A stretch of 64,000 bases of DNA from Pseudomonadota bacterium (GCA_021846025.1 JAJZDV010000001.1:2716-66715), one strand, 5' to 3'. Shown: positions 22,878 to 33,380, numbered from the stretch's first letter. Translations and numbers: made by a program. The notes: generated by a model from the letters alone, not told the origin.

Positions 22878-23236
22878 AGCGATCTTCGCCAGCGCCCAAC
22901 ATGCCGAGCTGCGATGTGCTCGACCGTCTCGCCGCCGTGATCGAAGACCGCAAACAGGCCGATCCGGACTCCTCCTACGTGGCCCGCCTTTTCGCCAAGG
23001 GCGACGATGCCATGCTCAAGAAGGTGGGCGAGGAAGCCACCGAATTCGTCCTTGCGGCCAAGGGCGGAGAGCGCCGTTCCATCGTCTACGAGGCAGCCGA
23101 CTTATGGTTTCACACCCTCGTGGCCTTGACCCATCACGGCATTTCGCCGCGGGAAGTTCTGGCCGAGCTGGCGCGGCGCGAAGGGTTATCGGGCCTCGAA
23201 GAATTCGCGCGGCGCAGCGCGTCGTCACCCAAGTAG
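22874..23236 (+). CDS. hisE: Phosphoribosyl-ATP pyrophosphatase
   Basis: [32 protein letters not shown]; start 22874 or 22901. Confidence 0.95.
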   Translation: MKRSSPAPNMPSCDVLDRLAAVIEDRKQADPDSSYVARLFAKGDDAMLKKVGEEATEFVLAAKGGERRSIVYEAADLWFHTLVALTHHGISPREVLAELARREGLSGLEEFARRSASSPK

Positions 23237-23317
23237 CCGAGCTTGACAGCAGCCCGTCGTGAGCGCCTCATTCAGGTCTGCATCTAAACCGTGTTTGACC
23301 GCGTACTGTTCAACAAC

Positions 23318-23668
23318 ATGCACGATCCCAACTGTCTTTTCTGCAAGATCATCGCCGGCACCATACCGTCGAAAACCCTCTACCGGGATGATGAAGTCGT
23401 GGCTTTTCACGACATCAACCCTGCAGCACCGGTCCATTTTCTGCTGGTCCCCAAGCGCCATATCGCCACGCTGGCGGCAGTGGAACCCGGTGACGAGGCC
23501 GTGCTCGGTAAAATGTTGGTCTTGGTTCCACGGCTGGCCGAGCAGCTAGGCTGTGGCGATGGTTTCAAGACTGTCATCAACACCGGACCGAATGGCGGGC
23601 AGGAGGTTTATCACCTGCATCTTCATGTCTTGGGCGGCCCTCGCCCCTGGAAACGCGCGACGATCTGA
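23318..23668 (+). CDS. Histidine triad (HIT) nucleotide-binding protein
   Basis: CLFCKI, FHDINPAAPVH, HLHLHVLGG triad. Confidence 0.93.
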   Translation: MHDPNCLFCKIIAGTIPSKTLYRDDEVVAFHDINPAAPVHFLLVPKRHIATLAAVEPGDEAVLGKMLVLVPRLAEQLGCGDGFKTVINTGPNGGQEVYHLHLHVLGGPRPWKRATI

Positions 23669-23689
23669 AAGTCGCTAAGGAGTATCGAA

Positions 23690-23935
23690 ATGGGCTCATT
23701 GAGCATTTGGCATTGGCTGATCGTCCTGGTCATCGTGATGATGGTCTTTGGCACGAAAAAGCTGAAAAACATGGGTTCCGACCTGGGTTCAGCCGTCAAG
23801 GGTTTCAAGGACGGCATGCGCGACGGCGACGCCGAAGCCACCTCGGGCGCGGCAGCGGCGGACAAGCAGCTCGGTGCCCAGGCCGGCGCGGTGAAGAAGG
23901 ACACCATCGACGTCGAGGCCAAGGAAAAATCCTGA
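23690..23935 (+). CDS. tatA: Twin-arginine translocase subunit TatA
   Basis: [18 protein letters not shown]...GSDLG.AVKGFK; AAGGAG RBS. Confidence 0.96.
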   Translation: MGSLSIWHWLIVLVIVMMVFGTKKLKNMGSDLGSAVKGFKDGMRDGDAEATSGAAAADKQLGAQAGAVKKDTIDVEAKEKS

Positions 23936-23955
23936 ACGACGCACGGTGGCGCCGG

Positions 23956-23979
23956 GCCGGCCATGTTGCCGGCTTTTTT
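23956..23979 (+). terminator. Intrinsic terminator-like hairpin between tatA and tatB
   Basis: GCCGGC-catgtt-GCCGGC followed by TTTTTT. Confidence 0.65.
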
Positions 23980-24012
23980 ATGCATCGGCACCGCAAGGCC
24001 TGAGCAACAGCC

Positions 24013-24507
24013 ATGTTCGATATCGGCATCTCGGAACTGGGCGTCATCGGCGTGGTCGCGCTGATCGTGCTCGGCCCTGAAAAACTTCCTAAGGTGGCAC
24101 GCACGGTGGGCAATCTGCTCGGCCGGGCCCAGCGCTACATGGCCGACGTCAAGTCCGAAGTGAACCGGCAAATGGAACTCGACGAGTTGCGCAGCATGAA
24201 GTCCACGGTCGAAGCGGCTGCGCAGGACATCCACAGCACGGTTTCCAAGAACATCGGCGATGTCGGTCAGGAATTCGATGCCGCCTGGAACGAAGCCACT
24301 GCAGGCCTGCGGGGTGAATCGCCAACGTCTTTCGAGACGCCCTCGATGAGCGACGGTCTGGGTTTGGAGCGTCACAAGCCCAAGCGTCTGAAAAAATCCA
24401 CCGGCCAAGCCGTTCCGCTCTGGTATCGCCGCCAGGCCCGGGTGCGCAGTCACGCCCTCTCGGGCGCAGCCCGCGTGGCACGCCACCGCCCCCGCTCCGG
24501 CCTCTGA
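24013..24507 (+). CDS. tatB: Twin-arginine translocase subunit TatB
   Basis: MFDIGISEL..ALIVLGPEKLP. Confidence 0.95.
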   Translation: MFDIGISELGVIGVVALIVLGPEKLPKVARTVGNLLGRAQRYMADVKSEVNRQMELDELRSMKSTVEAAAQDIHSTVSKNIGDVGQEFDAAWNEATAGLRGESPTSFETPSMSDGLGLERHKPKRLKKSTGQAVPLWYRRQARVRSHALSGAARVARHRPRSGL

Positions 24508-24534
24508 AGCCAGCACTCCTCTTCCGCCGCACAC

Positions 24535-25344
24535 GTGATCGATCCCAAGCCGTCCGACTCCCCGAATCCGGACGCCGAGCAGCCCTTCGTGACCCATCTG
24601 GTCGAACTCAGGGACCGGCTCATCCGCGCCGTGGCCGCCATCGGCATCGTCTTCGCCATCCTGGCCATCTACCCCGGCCCGTCCGGCCTGTTCGACCTGT
24701 TCGCCAAGCCGCTCATCGCCCATCTGCCGCACGGCTCCGGCCTCATCGCGATTGGCGTCATCACTCCATTCCTGGTGCCGCTCAAGCTGACCATGCTGAC
24801 GGCGTTGATGATTGCCCTGCCGGTCGTGCTCTACCAGCTTTGGGCTTTCATCGCGCCAGGACTGTACGCGCACGAAAAAAGACTGGTCGTCCCGCTGGTG
24901 TTCATCAGCACGGTGCTTTTTTACTTGGGCGTGGCTTTCGCGTATTTCATCGTGCTGGGACGATTGTTCACCTTCATTCAGGATGTGGCGCCCAAGGTGG
25001 TGACGGCCGCGCCCGATATCGAGTCCTACTTGAGCTTTGTGCTCACCTTGTTCATGGCTTTCGGCACCGCGTTCGAAGTTCCAGTGGTGCTGATGCTGCT
25101 GGTGCGTTTCGGCATGCTCACCATCGAGCAACTCAAGGCTTGGCGCAGTTACTTCATCGTCGTGGCCTTCATCATCGCCGCCGTCATCACGCCGCCAGAC
25201 GTCTTTTCGCAAACTTCGCTGGCCGTGTCCATGATTCTGCTGTACGAGGTCGGCATCATCGGATCACGAATGCTGGGTAAATACGCGCGATCGCCCGATG
25301 AAGACGCCGATCAGCCCAAGGATTCGAAGCCCCCGGCTTCTTGA
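24535..25344 (+). CDS. tatC: Twin-arginine translocase subunit TatC
   Basis: HLVELRDRL, YQLWAFIAPGLY..EK, ITPPD..SQ; GTG start. Confidence 0.96.
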   Translation: MIDPKPSDSPNPDAEQPFVTHLVELRDRLIRAVAAIGIVFAILAIYPGPSGLFDLFAKPLIAHLPHGSGLIAIGVITPFLVPLKLTMLTALMIALPVVLYQLWAFIAPGLYAHEKRLVVPLVFISTVLFYLGVAFAYFIVLGRLFTFIQDVAPKVVTAAPDIESYLSFVLTLFMAFGTAFEVPVVLMLLVRFGMLTIEQLKAWRSYFIVVAFIIAAVITPPDVFSQTSLAVSMILLYEVGIIGSRMLGKYARSPDEDADQPKDSKPPAS

Positions 25345-25456
25345 CGCCGCTGCCGCCGAAAGGGCCTTGGCACGAGATGATGCACTGCGCACGCATCACG
25401 GGTGGCGCCGAGCCTCTGGGACAGCGCCGCCAGCACACGCGGTTTTCACCGGACTT

Positions 25457-26638
25457 CTAGGATGCGTCGCTTTCGGCGTTCGCGCCTTCCTCATCGCGCG
25501 GCATGGAAGATCCTTGCGGCCGGGTGCCGATCTTGACCCGAAGTTTCTGCTCATGGCCTTGGTGCAGGATGCGTACGGCCGCGGTGCTTCCAGGTTTGAG
25601 GGCGGCCACGGCATTGAGCAACTCGCCCGTGTTGTGCACCGCCTGCCCGCCAATGTCGAGCACCACATCGCCGGCGCGCATGCCAGCGCGCTCGGCAGGT
25701 CCGTGGCGTAACACTGCGGCAACAATCACGCCGGTGCGCACAGGCAGGCTCAAGGCCTGGGCCAGTTGCGGGCTGATGTCCCGAGGCTCCATGCCAATCC
25801 AGCCGCGCACCACGTGTCCGCTCTGGACGAGTTGTTGCAGCACGTTGCGCGCGGTGGACGCCGGCACGGCGAAACCGATGCCGAGCGAGCCCCCCGAGCG
25901 CGAGAAGATTGCGGTGTTGACGCCCAGTAAATTGCCGCTCACGTCCACCAGCGCGCCCCCTGAATTGCCGGGGTTGATGGCCGCATCGGTCTGGATGAAG
26001 TTTTCGAAGGTATTGATGCCCAGTTGCGTACGTCCAAGCGCGCTGACGATGCCCTGGGTCACCGTCTGCCCGACGCCGAAGGGGTAGCCGATGGCCAGCA
26101 CCACATCACCGACACGCGCTTTCGTCTCGTCGCCGAAGGCCAGCGTGGGCAGATCGTGCAGCATGATCTTGAGCACCGCCAAGTCGGTATCGGGGTCGCG
26201 GCCCACGACCTGAGCGGCGGCCTCGCGCCCGTCCGCCAGCTTGACTTCGATGTCCTCCGCACCTTCGATCACATGGTCGTTGGTCAACACATAGCCTGTG
26301 GGACTGACGATGACTCCCGAGCCCAACCCGACCGTGGGTGGGCGTGCGCCGGAGCCCCCGAAAAGGCGCCCGGACAGCGACCCTCGGCCCGGCTTGGGTG
26401 CACGTGTCGTCGTGACGGAGACCACTGCCGGCATGGCCTTCTGCGCCGCGCCACTGTAGGAGCCGGTCGCCGGCGCAGCAACTGGCCGGGGCGCTGCCGG
26501 CAGCAGCTGCAAGCCCGCCGTTTGGCCAGGAACCTCGGCGCTGTGCTCCAGCCATTGCGGCGCCAGGACCCGCACCGCGAACACCACGCCCAGCGCGATC
26601 GTTGTCGCTTGAGCGAAAATCAACCAAAACCTGCGCAT
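25457..26638 (-). CDS. HtrA/DegS-like serine protease with one PDZ domain
   Basis: N-terminal anchor, LGSGVIV, TNDHV, DTDLAV, QTDAAINPGNSGG, single PDZ. Confidence 0.93.
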   Translation of the reverse strand: MRRFWLIFAQATTIALGVVFAVRVLAPQWLEHSAEVPGQTAGLQLLPAAPRPVAAPATGSYSGAAQKAMPAVVSVTTTRAPKPGRGSLSGRLFGGSGARPPTVGLGSGVIVSPTGYVLTNDHVIEGAEDIEVKLADGREAAAQVVGRDPDTDLAVLKIMLHDLPTLAFGDETKARVGDVVLAIGYPFGVGQTVTQGIVSALGRTQLGINTFENFIQTDAAINPGNSGGALVDVSGNLLGVNTAIFSRSGGSLGIGFAVPASTARNVLQQLVQSGHVVRGWIGMEPRDISPQLAQALSLPVRTGVIVAAVLRHGPAERAGMRAGDVVLDIGGQAVHNTGELLNAVAALKPGSTAAVRILHQGHEQKLRVKIGTRPQGSSMPRDEEGANAESDAS

Positions 26639-26655
26639 ACTCTGCTTCCCTAACC

Positions 26656-27405
26656 ATGATCAATCGTGAGCAATTGGCAGCGTATCTGCGCGATTTCCTG
26701 CGTACCGATGCCTTTGAGGATTATGGCCCAAACGGTCTGCAGGTCGAGGGCAGGGCGCACATCCGCCGTATCGTGACTGGCGTCACGGCCAGTCACGCGC
26801 TGATCGAGCGTGCGGCCGGTCAGGGGGCAGACGCCATCCTCGTGCATCACGGCTGGTTCTGGCGTGGGGAAGACCCCTGTGTGGTGGGCCAAAAGCGCAA
26901 ACGCCTGGCCGCGCTGATGGCGGCTGAACTCAATTTGTTCGCCTATCACCTGCCGCTGGATGCGCATCCCCTGGTGGGCAATAACGCCCGAATGGCCGCG
27001 CGCATGGGCTGGCAGGCCGATGGCCGCTTTGGCAAGCAGGACCTGGGCTGGCTGGGCTCGGCCCCTGCGCAGGAGACCCTGGCCGATCTCGCCGCAGAGC
27101 TCGCATGCAAGCTCGAGCGTGTGCCCGTGCTGGTGGGTGATTCCGCAGCGCGCGTCGGCCGCCTGGCCTGGTGCACCGGAGCCGCACAGGGTTGGATCGA
27201 ACAGGCCCATGCCGCCGGCGCGAACACCTACATCAGCGGCGAGATTTCCGAGCCCACGGCGCACTTCGCCCGCGAGATGGGCATCGCCTACCTGGCCTGC
27301 GGCCACCACGCCACCGAGCGCTACGGCGTGCAGGCGCTGGGTGCGCATCTGGAGCGCAGTTTCGGCATCGAACACGTCTTCATCGACATCGACAATCCGG
27401 CATGA
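26656..27405 (+). CDS. Nif3-like dinuclear metal center protein (YbgI/DUF34)
   Basis: DYGPNGLQVEG, VHHG, YHLPLDAH, GHHATERYG. Confidence 0.93.
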   Translation: MINREQLAAYLRDFLRTDAFEDYGPNGLQVEGRAHIRRIVTGVTASHALIERAAGQGADAILVHHGWFWRGEDPCVVGQKRKRLAALMAAELNLFAYHLPLDAHPLVGNNARMAARMGWQADGRFGKQDLGWLGSAPAQETLADLAAELACKLERVPVLVGDSAARVGRLAWCTGAAQGWIEQAHAAGANTYISGEISEPTAHFAREMGIAYLACGHHATERYGVQALGAHLERSFGIEHVFIDIDNPA

Positions 27406-28427
27406 ACCCGCCACGGCCTTTGGCCATCACCATGGGAGATGCGGCAGGCATCGGCCCGGAAATCATCATCAAGGCCTTCGCCGCCGGACAGGCGCAGGAT
27501 TGCGTCGTGGTGGGCGATGCCCAAGTCATCGCTGCGGCCGGCGCCCGTGTGGACATTCCTGATGCCTTGGGCTTGAGCGTGGCGCGTATCGAGCACATGG
27601 CGCAATGGCAAAACCTGCCTCCCGGCGTGATTCCCGTGCTGCAGGCGCATGGTCTGGAGCCCGAGTCATTGCGCCATCTTGTCGCTGGACGGGTCGATGC
27701 GCGAGCCGGCGCGGCTGCGCATGCCGCCATCGTCACCGCCGCGCATCTGGCGCTGCGCGGGGAGGTTGCCGCCATGGTCACGGCGCCCATTCACAAGGAG
27801 GCCTTGCATGCTGCGGGCGTGCCTTTCCCGGGCCACACCGAGTTGCTGCAGCATCTGGCGGGTGGCGTTCCGGTGCGCATGATGCTGGCCAATGACGAAC
27901 TGCGAACTGTCCTTGTCACCGTCCACATGAGCATTCGCGAGGCGCTCAATGCCGTCACGTTCGAGACCGTTCTCGACACGTTGCGCATCACGCACGCAGC
28001 TGCTCAGCGCTGGGGCCTGGCGCATCCACGCATAGCCGTGGCAGGTTTGAACCCGCATGCAGGCGAAGGCGGATTATTCGGCGACGAGGAGATTCGCATT
28101 CTCGCCCCGGCTATCCGGCAGGCGTGTGACGAGGGTATCGATGCCAGCGGACCACACGCCCCCGATACGGTGTTCATGCGCGCCCGCAATGCCCCCGGGC
28201 ACGCGGGGGCGTTCGACGTCGTGATTGCCATGCTGCACGACCATGGCCTGATTCCGGTGAAGTACTTGGGGCTCGACGCAGGGGTGAACGTCACCCTCGG
28301 CTTGCCCTTCGTGCGCACCAGCCCTGACCATGGCACGGCGTTCGACTTGGCAGGCCGTGGATGCGCCAATCCTGCCAGCCTGGTGAGTGCCCTGGCCATG
28401 GCGCGGCAACTCAGCCGCCGCGCCTAG
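27402..28427 (+). CDS. pdxA: 4-hydroxythreonine-4-phosphate dehydrogenase PdxA family
   Basis: TMGD.AGIGPE, TAPIHK, GHTE, LNPHAGE, RTSPDHGTAFD; PdxA vs PdxA2 specificity not resolvable. Confidence 0.88.
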   Translation: MNPPRPLAITMGDAAGIGPEIIIKAFAAGQAQDCVVVGDAQVIAAAGARVDIPDALGLSVARIEHMAQWQNLPPGVIPVLQAHGLEPESLRHLVAGRVDARAGAAAHAAIVTAAHLALRGEVAAMVTAPIHKEALHAAGVPFPGHTELLQHLAGGVPVRMMLANDELRTVLVTVHMSIREALNAVTFETVLDTLRITHAAAQRWGLAHPRIAVAGLNPHAGEGGLFGDEEIRILAPAIRQACDEGIDASGPHAPDTVFMRARNAPGHAGAFDVVIAMLHDHGLIPVKYLGLDAGVNVTLGLPFVRTSPDHGTAFDLAGRGCANPASLVSALAMARQLSRRA

Positions 28428-28435
28428 GGCTTGTT

Positions 28436-28858
28436 TCAGCGCTTGAGCGCGTCGCGAATGTCTCGCAGCAACACGATTTCCTCGGGATCGGCGGCGGGCG
28501 GCGCTGGGGGTTGAGCGCGCTTGAGCTTGCTGATGAGCCGCACCATCATGAAGATGATGAAGGCCAAGATCAGGAAGTTGATGGCGATGGTGATGAAGTC
28601 GCCGTAGGCCAGTACCGGAACGTTCGCCTTTTTCAGGGCGGCAAGCGTCAACTCCGTTCCAGCGGGAACCGCGCCCAGCGGAACAAAGAAATTCGAGAAA
28701 TCGATCTTGCCGATGATGGCGCCGACCACCGGCATGATGATGTCACCCACCAGGGCCTCCACGATTTTCCCGAACGCGCCGCCAATGATCACGGCAACGG
28801 CCAGATCGATCACATTGCCTTTGACGGCAAACTCCTTGAATTCAGTCAACAAGCTCAT
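28436..28858 (-). CDS. mscL: Large-conductance mechanosensitive channel
   Basis: [37 protein letters not shown]. Confidence 0.96.
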   Translation of the reverse strand: MSLLTEFKEFAVKGNVIDLAVAVIIGGAFGKIVEALVGDIIMPVVGAIIGKIDFSNFFVPLGAVPAGTELTLAALKKANVPVLAYGDFITIAINFLILAFIIFMMVRLISKLKRAQPPAPPAADPEEIVLLRDIRDALKR

Positions 28859-29029
28859 GGCGTCTCTCCCGTAGTCGATATGGTGAAGGATGCTTGAATG
28901 TACAGCGCAGTGCTTGAACTGGACACCTTTGTAAAGATTGGGAGGAGTTACTCCCAAGTAAAGTTAGGCATATTTCGTGTGATGCCTCGCGGATTCGACA
29001 ACCTATTATTGCGACGCAGCATGTTTTTA

Positions 29030-29043
29030 TTGATAAAACGCAA
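29030..29043. promoter_or_regulatory. FNR-like box upstream of petABC
   Basis: TTGAT-aaaa-CGCAA versus consensus TTGAT-N4-ATCAA, in AT-rich intergenic DNA. Confidence 0.4.
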
Positions 29044-29145
29044 GACTTAACCCCTAAATCAGTGAATTCTTATACAGGCTTTTACTGATGCGAAATTGAT
29101 GCTGGAGCGCCAGAATTCCATCGCTTCACGACCCTCTCCGAAACG

Positions 29146-29724
29146 ATGGATTCCCAACGCCGCATCTGGTTGATTGCCGCTGGTGCCGCCACCTGCTTTG
29201 CAGGCGCGGCAACGACAGTCCCATTTTTAGAGTCGATGGAGCCCTCGGCCAAAGCCAAGGCCGAGGGTGGCCCGATCGAAGTGGACATTGGCCAACTGCG
29301 TCCTGGTGAAAAATTAACCGTGCTGTGGCGCGGGCAGCCGGTTTGGTTCTTGCGGCGTACGCCGCAGATGCTGGCATCGCTCAGCGTCACGCAAGCGCTG
29401 GTGGCCGATCCACTGTCCAAGCGCATGGCCTTCCCCACGCCGGCCTGGGCGCAAAACCCCTGGCGTTCCATCAGTCCCGAGTTTCTCGTGGTCATCGGCA
29501 TTTGCACGCATCTGGGCTGCTCACCTGTCGACCGATTCACACCTGGCGCGCAACCCTCCCTGCCAAGCGACTGGCAAGGCGGCTTCCTCTGCCCTTGCCA
29601 CGGTTCCGAATTCGATCTCGCGGCGCGTGTGTTCAAGAACATGCCTGCACCGGACAACTTGCCTGTACCCCCTTATCACTACATCAATGATCGAAAAATT
29701 CTTCTCGGTGAGTACAAGGCCTGA
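29146..29724 (+). CDS. petA: Cytochrome bc1 Rieske iron-sulfur subunit
   Basis: Twin-arginine anchor, CTHLGC and CPCHGS motifs. Confidence 0.96.
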   Translation: MDSQRRIWLIAAGAATCFAGAATTVPFLESMEPSAKAKAEGGPIEVDIGQLRPGEKLTVLWRGQPVWFLRRTPQMLASLSVTQALVADPLSKRMAFPTPAWAQNPWRSISPEFLVVIGICTHLGCSPVDRFTPGAQPSLPSDWQGGFLCPCHGSEFDLAARVFKNMPAPDNLPVPPYHYINDRKILLGEYKA

Positions 29725-29747
29725 AGGCCGCTAACGGAGATCAAGCC

Positions 29748-31157
29748 ATGGCCAATCAGACTTTGCCAGACCCGGACGCGCTCGCCGAAACTCCACGCGG
29801 TGGCCTGCGTCAATGGATCGATGACCGGTTCCCGTTTTCGGCGCTCTGGGCGGCGCACCTGAGCGAGTATTACGCCCCGAAGAACCTGAATTTTTGGTAC
29901 TACTTTGGCTCACTCGCCATCGTCGTGCTGGCCATTCAGATCCTCAGCGGGATTTTTCTGGTGATGCATTACAAGCCCGATGCCGCACTGGCCTTCAGCT
30001 CCGTTGAGTACATCATGCGCGACGTGAACTGGGGCTGGCTGATCCGCTACATCCACTCGACCGGGGCATCGGCGTTTTTCATCATCGTTTATCTGCACAT
30101 GTTCCGTGGCCTGCTCTACGGCTCATACCGCAAGCCGCGCGAACTGGTCTGGATTTTCGGCTGTCTCATTTTTCTGTGCCTGATGGCCGAGGCGTTCTTC
30201 GGCTACCTCCTGCCCTGGGGCCAGATGTCGTTCTGGGGTGCGCAGGTCATCGTCAATCTCTTTTCTGCCATTCCTTTCATCGGCCCCGATCTCTCGCTGT
30301 GGATTCGTGGCGACTATGTCGTGAGCGACGCCACGCTGAACCGATTTTTCGCCTTCCACGTCATTGCCATACCGCTGCTGCTCATCGGACTGGTGGGAGC
30401 ACACATCATTGCGCTGCATCAAGTGGGGTCCAACAATCCGGACGGCATCGAAATCAAGGCGAACAAGGATGCGCGTGGCAATCCGCGCGATGGCATTCCC
30501 TTCCACCCCTATTTCACCGTGCACGACCTCTTCGGGCTGTCAGTCTTCCTCACCATCTTCAGTGCCGTGCTGTTCTTTGCGCCGACCTTCGGGGGCTATT
30601 TCCTGGAGCACAACAACTTCATCCCGGCCGATCCGCTGAAAACCCCACCGCACATCGCCCCGGTCTGGTACTTCACCCCCTTCTATTCCATGCTGAGGGC
30701 CACCACCACCACCTCGGTCCATCTCTGGATGGCCGTGCTTGCAGTGGCTGCGTCGTGGGGTGCCTGGCGCCTGCGGCGCCGCCCCCTGCGTTTGACGGGG
30801 CTGGCCGCTGCAATGGCTTTCCTGCTGTGGGCCATGGCCACGGTCGATGCCAAGTTCTGGGGCGTCGTGGTGATGGGTGGCGCCGTCATTTCGCTGTTTG
30901 TTCTGCCGTGGCTGGATCATTCCCCGGTCAAGTCCATCCGCTACCGCCCGACATGGCATTTTGCGTTGTTGCTGCTGTTTGCGCTTGACTTCCTCGTGCT
31001 CGGCTATTTCGGCATTGCCGAACCTTCTCCAATCGGCTACTGGATCTCGGTGACCTGCACCTTCGTCTACTTCGGATTTCTTTGGCTCATGCCCTGGTGG
31101 AGCCGTCTCGGCGTGTGCAGAGCGGTCCCCGAACGTTTGGTCTATCACCCTCACTGA
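29748..31157 (+). CDS. petB: Cytochrome b
   Basis: YYAPKNLNFWY.FG, RYIHSTGAS, GYLLPWGQMSFWG, PVWYF. Confidence 0.97.
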   Translation: MANQTLPDPDALAETPRGGLRQWIDDRFPFSALWAAHLSEYYAPKNLNFWYYFGSLAIVVLAIQILSGIFLVMHYKPDAALAFSSVEYIMRDVNWGWLIRYIHSTGASAFFIIVYLHMFRGLLYGSYRKPRELVWIFGCLIFLCLMAEAFFGYLLPWGQMSFWGAQVIVNLFSAIPFIGPDLSLWIRGDYVVSDATLNRFFAFHVIAIPLLLIGLVGAHIIALHQVGSNNPDGIEIKANKDARGNPRDGIPFHPYFTVHDLFGLSVFLTIFSAVLFFAPTFGGYFLEHNNFIPADPLKTPPHIAPVWYFTPFYSMLRATTTTSVHLWMAVLAVAASWGAWRLRRRPLRLTGLAAAMAFLLWAMATVDAKFWGVVVMGGAVISLFVLPWLDHSPVKSIRYRPTWHFALLLLFALDFLVLGYFGIAEPSPIGYWISVTCTFVYFGFLWLMPWWSRLGVCRAVPERLVYHPH

Positions 31158-31165
31158 GCCTGATC

Positions 31166-31954
31166 ATGACCCATCCATTCCGCTGGCTTCTGCGCATGGC
31201 GCTCGCGCTGGGGCTGAGTTGCATTGCCAGCATGGCGCACGCGGCGGCCGAGCAAGAAAGCGTCGCCCTGCAACATGCTCCCTACCGGGTCAACGATCTG
31301 CTTGCCTTGCAAAATGGCGCGAAGCTCTTTGTCAACTACTGTCTCAATTGCCACAGCGCCAAGTACATGCGCTACGAGCGTTTACGCGGCATCGGCTTGA
31401 CCGCAGGCCAAGTGCAAAATAGCTTGATGTTCAGTGAACCCAGGCTTGGTGACACGATGAAAGTCGCCATGACGCCGGCTCAAGCAGAAGTCTGGTTTGG
31501 CGCGTCCCCGCCGGACTTGAGCGTGATCGAAAGGGCACTCGCCTCCCATCGCGGTTCAGGCGCAGATTTCTTGTACACCTATCTGCTTTCGTTCTACCGT
31601 GACCCCGCGCGCCCAACTGGCTGGAACAACTTGGTGCTCCCCGGCGTGGCCATGCCCAACCCGCTGTGGCCCTTGCAGGGTGAGCGCGCTGCGAAGTTCG
31701 CCCTCACGAATGACCCAGCCGCCCCGGGCGTCCAGCTCAAACGGTTTGTCGCTTACGAGCAGATCACCCCTGGAAGTTTGAGTCCGACGCAGTATGATTC
31801 GGAGATTGCCGATCTTGTCGCCTACATGCAATGGATGGCTGAACCGGACCAACTCGAGCGCAAACGACTCGGCGTGATCGTCTTGCTGTTTTTGGCCCTG
31901 TTCACCTTCATCACCTGGCGACTCAAGTTCGAATATTGGAAAGATGTCCGTTAG
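31166..31954 (+). CDS. petC: Cytochrome c1
   Basis: Signal peptide, CLNCH heme motif, PPDLS, C-terminal TM and YWKDV. Confidence 0.95.
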   Translation: MTHPFRWLLRMALALGLSCIASMAHAAAEQESVALQHAPYRVNDLLALQNGAKLFVNYCLNCHSAKYMRYERLRGIGLTAGQVQNSLMFSEPRLGDTMKVAMTPAQAEVWFGASPPDLSVIERALASHRGSGADFLYTYLLSFYRDPARPTGWNNLVLPGVAMPNPLWPLQGERAAKFALTNDPAAPGVQLKRFVAYEQITPGSLSPTQYDSEIADLVAYMQWMAEPDQLERKRLGVIVLLFLALFTFITWRLKFEYWKDVR

Positions 31955-32022
31955 CTGAGCCGAACTCCGACGGAGACTTGGCAGCAGTATCCACAGGCCC
32001 GCCTTTCTCGGCCGGCCGTCGC

Positions 32023-32054
32023 GGGGGTGAGCATGCTCACTCCCTTCGCTTTTT
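32023..32054 (+). terminator. Hairpin/terminator-like element between petC and sspA
   Basis: GGGGGTGAGC-at-GCTCACTCCC then TTCGCTTTTT. Confidence 0.45.
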
Positions 32055-32069
32055 CAGGAGCCGCCTCTC

Positions 32070-32681
32070 ATGATGGTGCTTTATTCAGGCACGACCTGCC
32101 CGTTCTCGCAGCGCTGCCGTTTTGTCTTGTTCGAAAAGGGCATGGATTTCGAAATTCGTGATGTCGATCTCTTCAACAAGCCTGAAGATGTGAACGTCAT
32201 GAACCCCTACGGTCAGGTGCCCATTCTGGTCGAGCGTGACCTCATCTTGTACGAATCCAACATCATCAACGAGTACATCGACGAGCGCTTTCCGCACCCT
32301 CAGCTCATGCCCGGTGACCCGGTGGCCCGTGCCCGGGTGCGTTTGTTCTTGTTCAACTTCGAAAAAGAATTGTTTGTGCACGTCAGCACACTCGAGTCTC
32401 GTGCCAGCAAAGCCAATGAAAAGGCGATGGAAAAGGCCCGAACAGCGATTCGTGACCGCCTGACGCAACTGGCGCCCATTTTTACCAAGAATCGCTTCAT
32501 GCTGGGCGACGATTTTTCGATGCTCGACGTCTCGATTGCTCCTCTGCTCTGGCGTTTAGATCACTACGGCATCGATCTGCCGAAATCAGCTGCACCGCTT
32601 TCGAAGTATGCCGAGCGTATTTTTCAGCGCCCCGCCTACATCGAGGCGCTCACCCCCTCGGAAAAGGTCATGCGCAAATAA
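32070..32681 (+). CDS. sspA: Stringent starvation protein A (GST fold)
   Basis: MMVLYSGTTCPFS, NPYGQVP, EYIDERFPHPQLMP, LTPSEKVMR. Confidence 0.95.
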   Translation: MMVLYSGTTCPFSQRCRFVLFEKGMDFEIRDVDLFNKPEDVNVMNPYGQVPILVERDLILYESNIINEYIDERFPHPQLMPGDPVARARVRLFLFNFEKELFVHVSTLESRASKANEKAMEKARTAIRDRLTQLAPIFTKNRFMLGDDFSMLDVSIAPLLWRLDHYGIDLPKSAAPLSKYAERIFQRPAYIEALTPSEKVMRK

Positions 32682-32701
32682 TTTCGGCAGCAGGATGCTT
32701 C

Positions 32702-33256
32702 ATGACCAACTCGGCTGGAAATCCAAGTTCAACCAAGCCCTATCTGTTGCGCGCCCTTTACGAATGGTGCACCGACAACGGACTGACACCCTATCTGGCT
32801 GTTCACGTCGACAGCCAGGTGCGGGTGCCCCGTGAGCATGTCAAGAACGGTGAAATTGTGCTCAACATCAGTTTTGGCGCAACCACAGGCCTGAAGATCG
32901 GGCATGACGACGTCCGTTTCAAAGCTCGCTTCGGCGGAGTGGCGCGCGACATCCTCGTGCCTGTCAGCCATGTCACCGCGATCTACGCTCGCGAGAATGG
33001 TCAGGGCATGGCGTTTCCCATGCCCGAATCCGGCAAGGCAGATCCTGCTGTTCCCGGATCGGTCGAAGGTGAAGCGGCGCAGACTCCTGACGCCGGGACG
33101 GCAAGCCGCCTTCATGCCGTACCCGACAGCATGCAGTCCGCGGCAGGAGTTCCAGCACAACCTGCGCGCTCAGCCGATCCATCGAAGGCCGATGATGAGC
33201 CGCCGGTCGATCCGCCGCCGCGGCCGTCAGGTGGGCATCTCAAGCGCGTGAAGTGA
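32702..33256 (+). CDS. sspB: ClpXP adaptor SspB
   Basis: KPYLLRALYEWCTDN, ARFGG, IYARENGQG, C-terminal LKRVK. Confidence 0.95.
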   Translation: MTNSAGNPSSTKPYLLRALYEWCTDNGLTPYLAVHVDSQVRVPREHVKNGEIVLNISFGATTGLKIGHDDVRFKARFGGVARDILVPVSHVTAIYARENGQGMAFPMPESGKADPAVPGSVEGEAAQTPDAGTASRLHAVPDSMQSAAGVPAQPARSADPSKADDEPPVDPPPRPSGGHLKRVK

Positions 33257-33304
33257 GTGACTTGAGTTCGCGCCTGAACCCAACGTTTCCCCGGGGGAAC
33301 CCCT

Positions 33305-33380
<76 letters not shown>

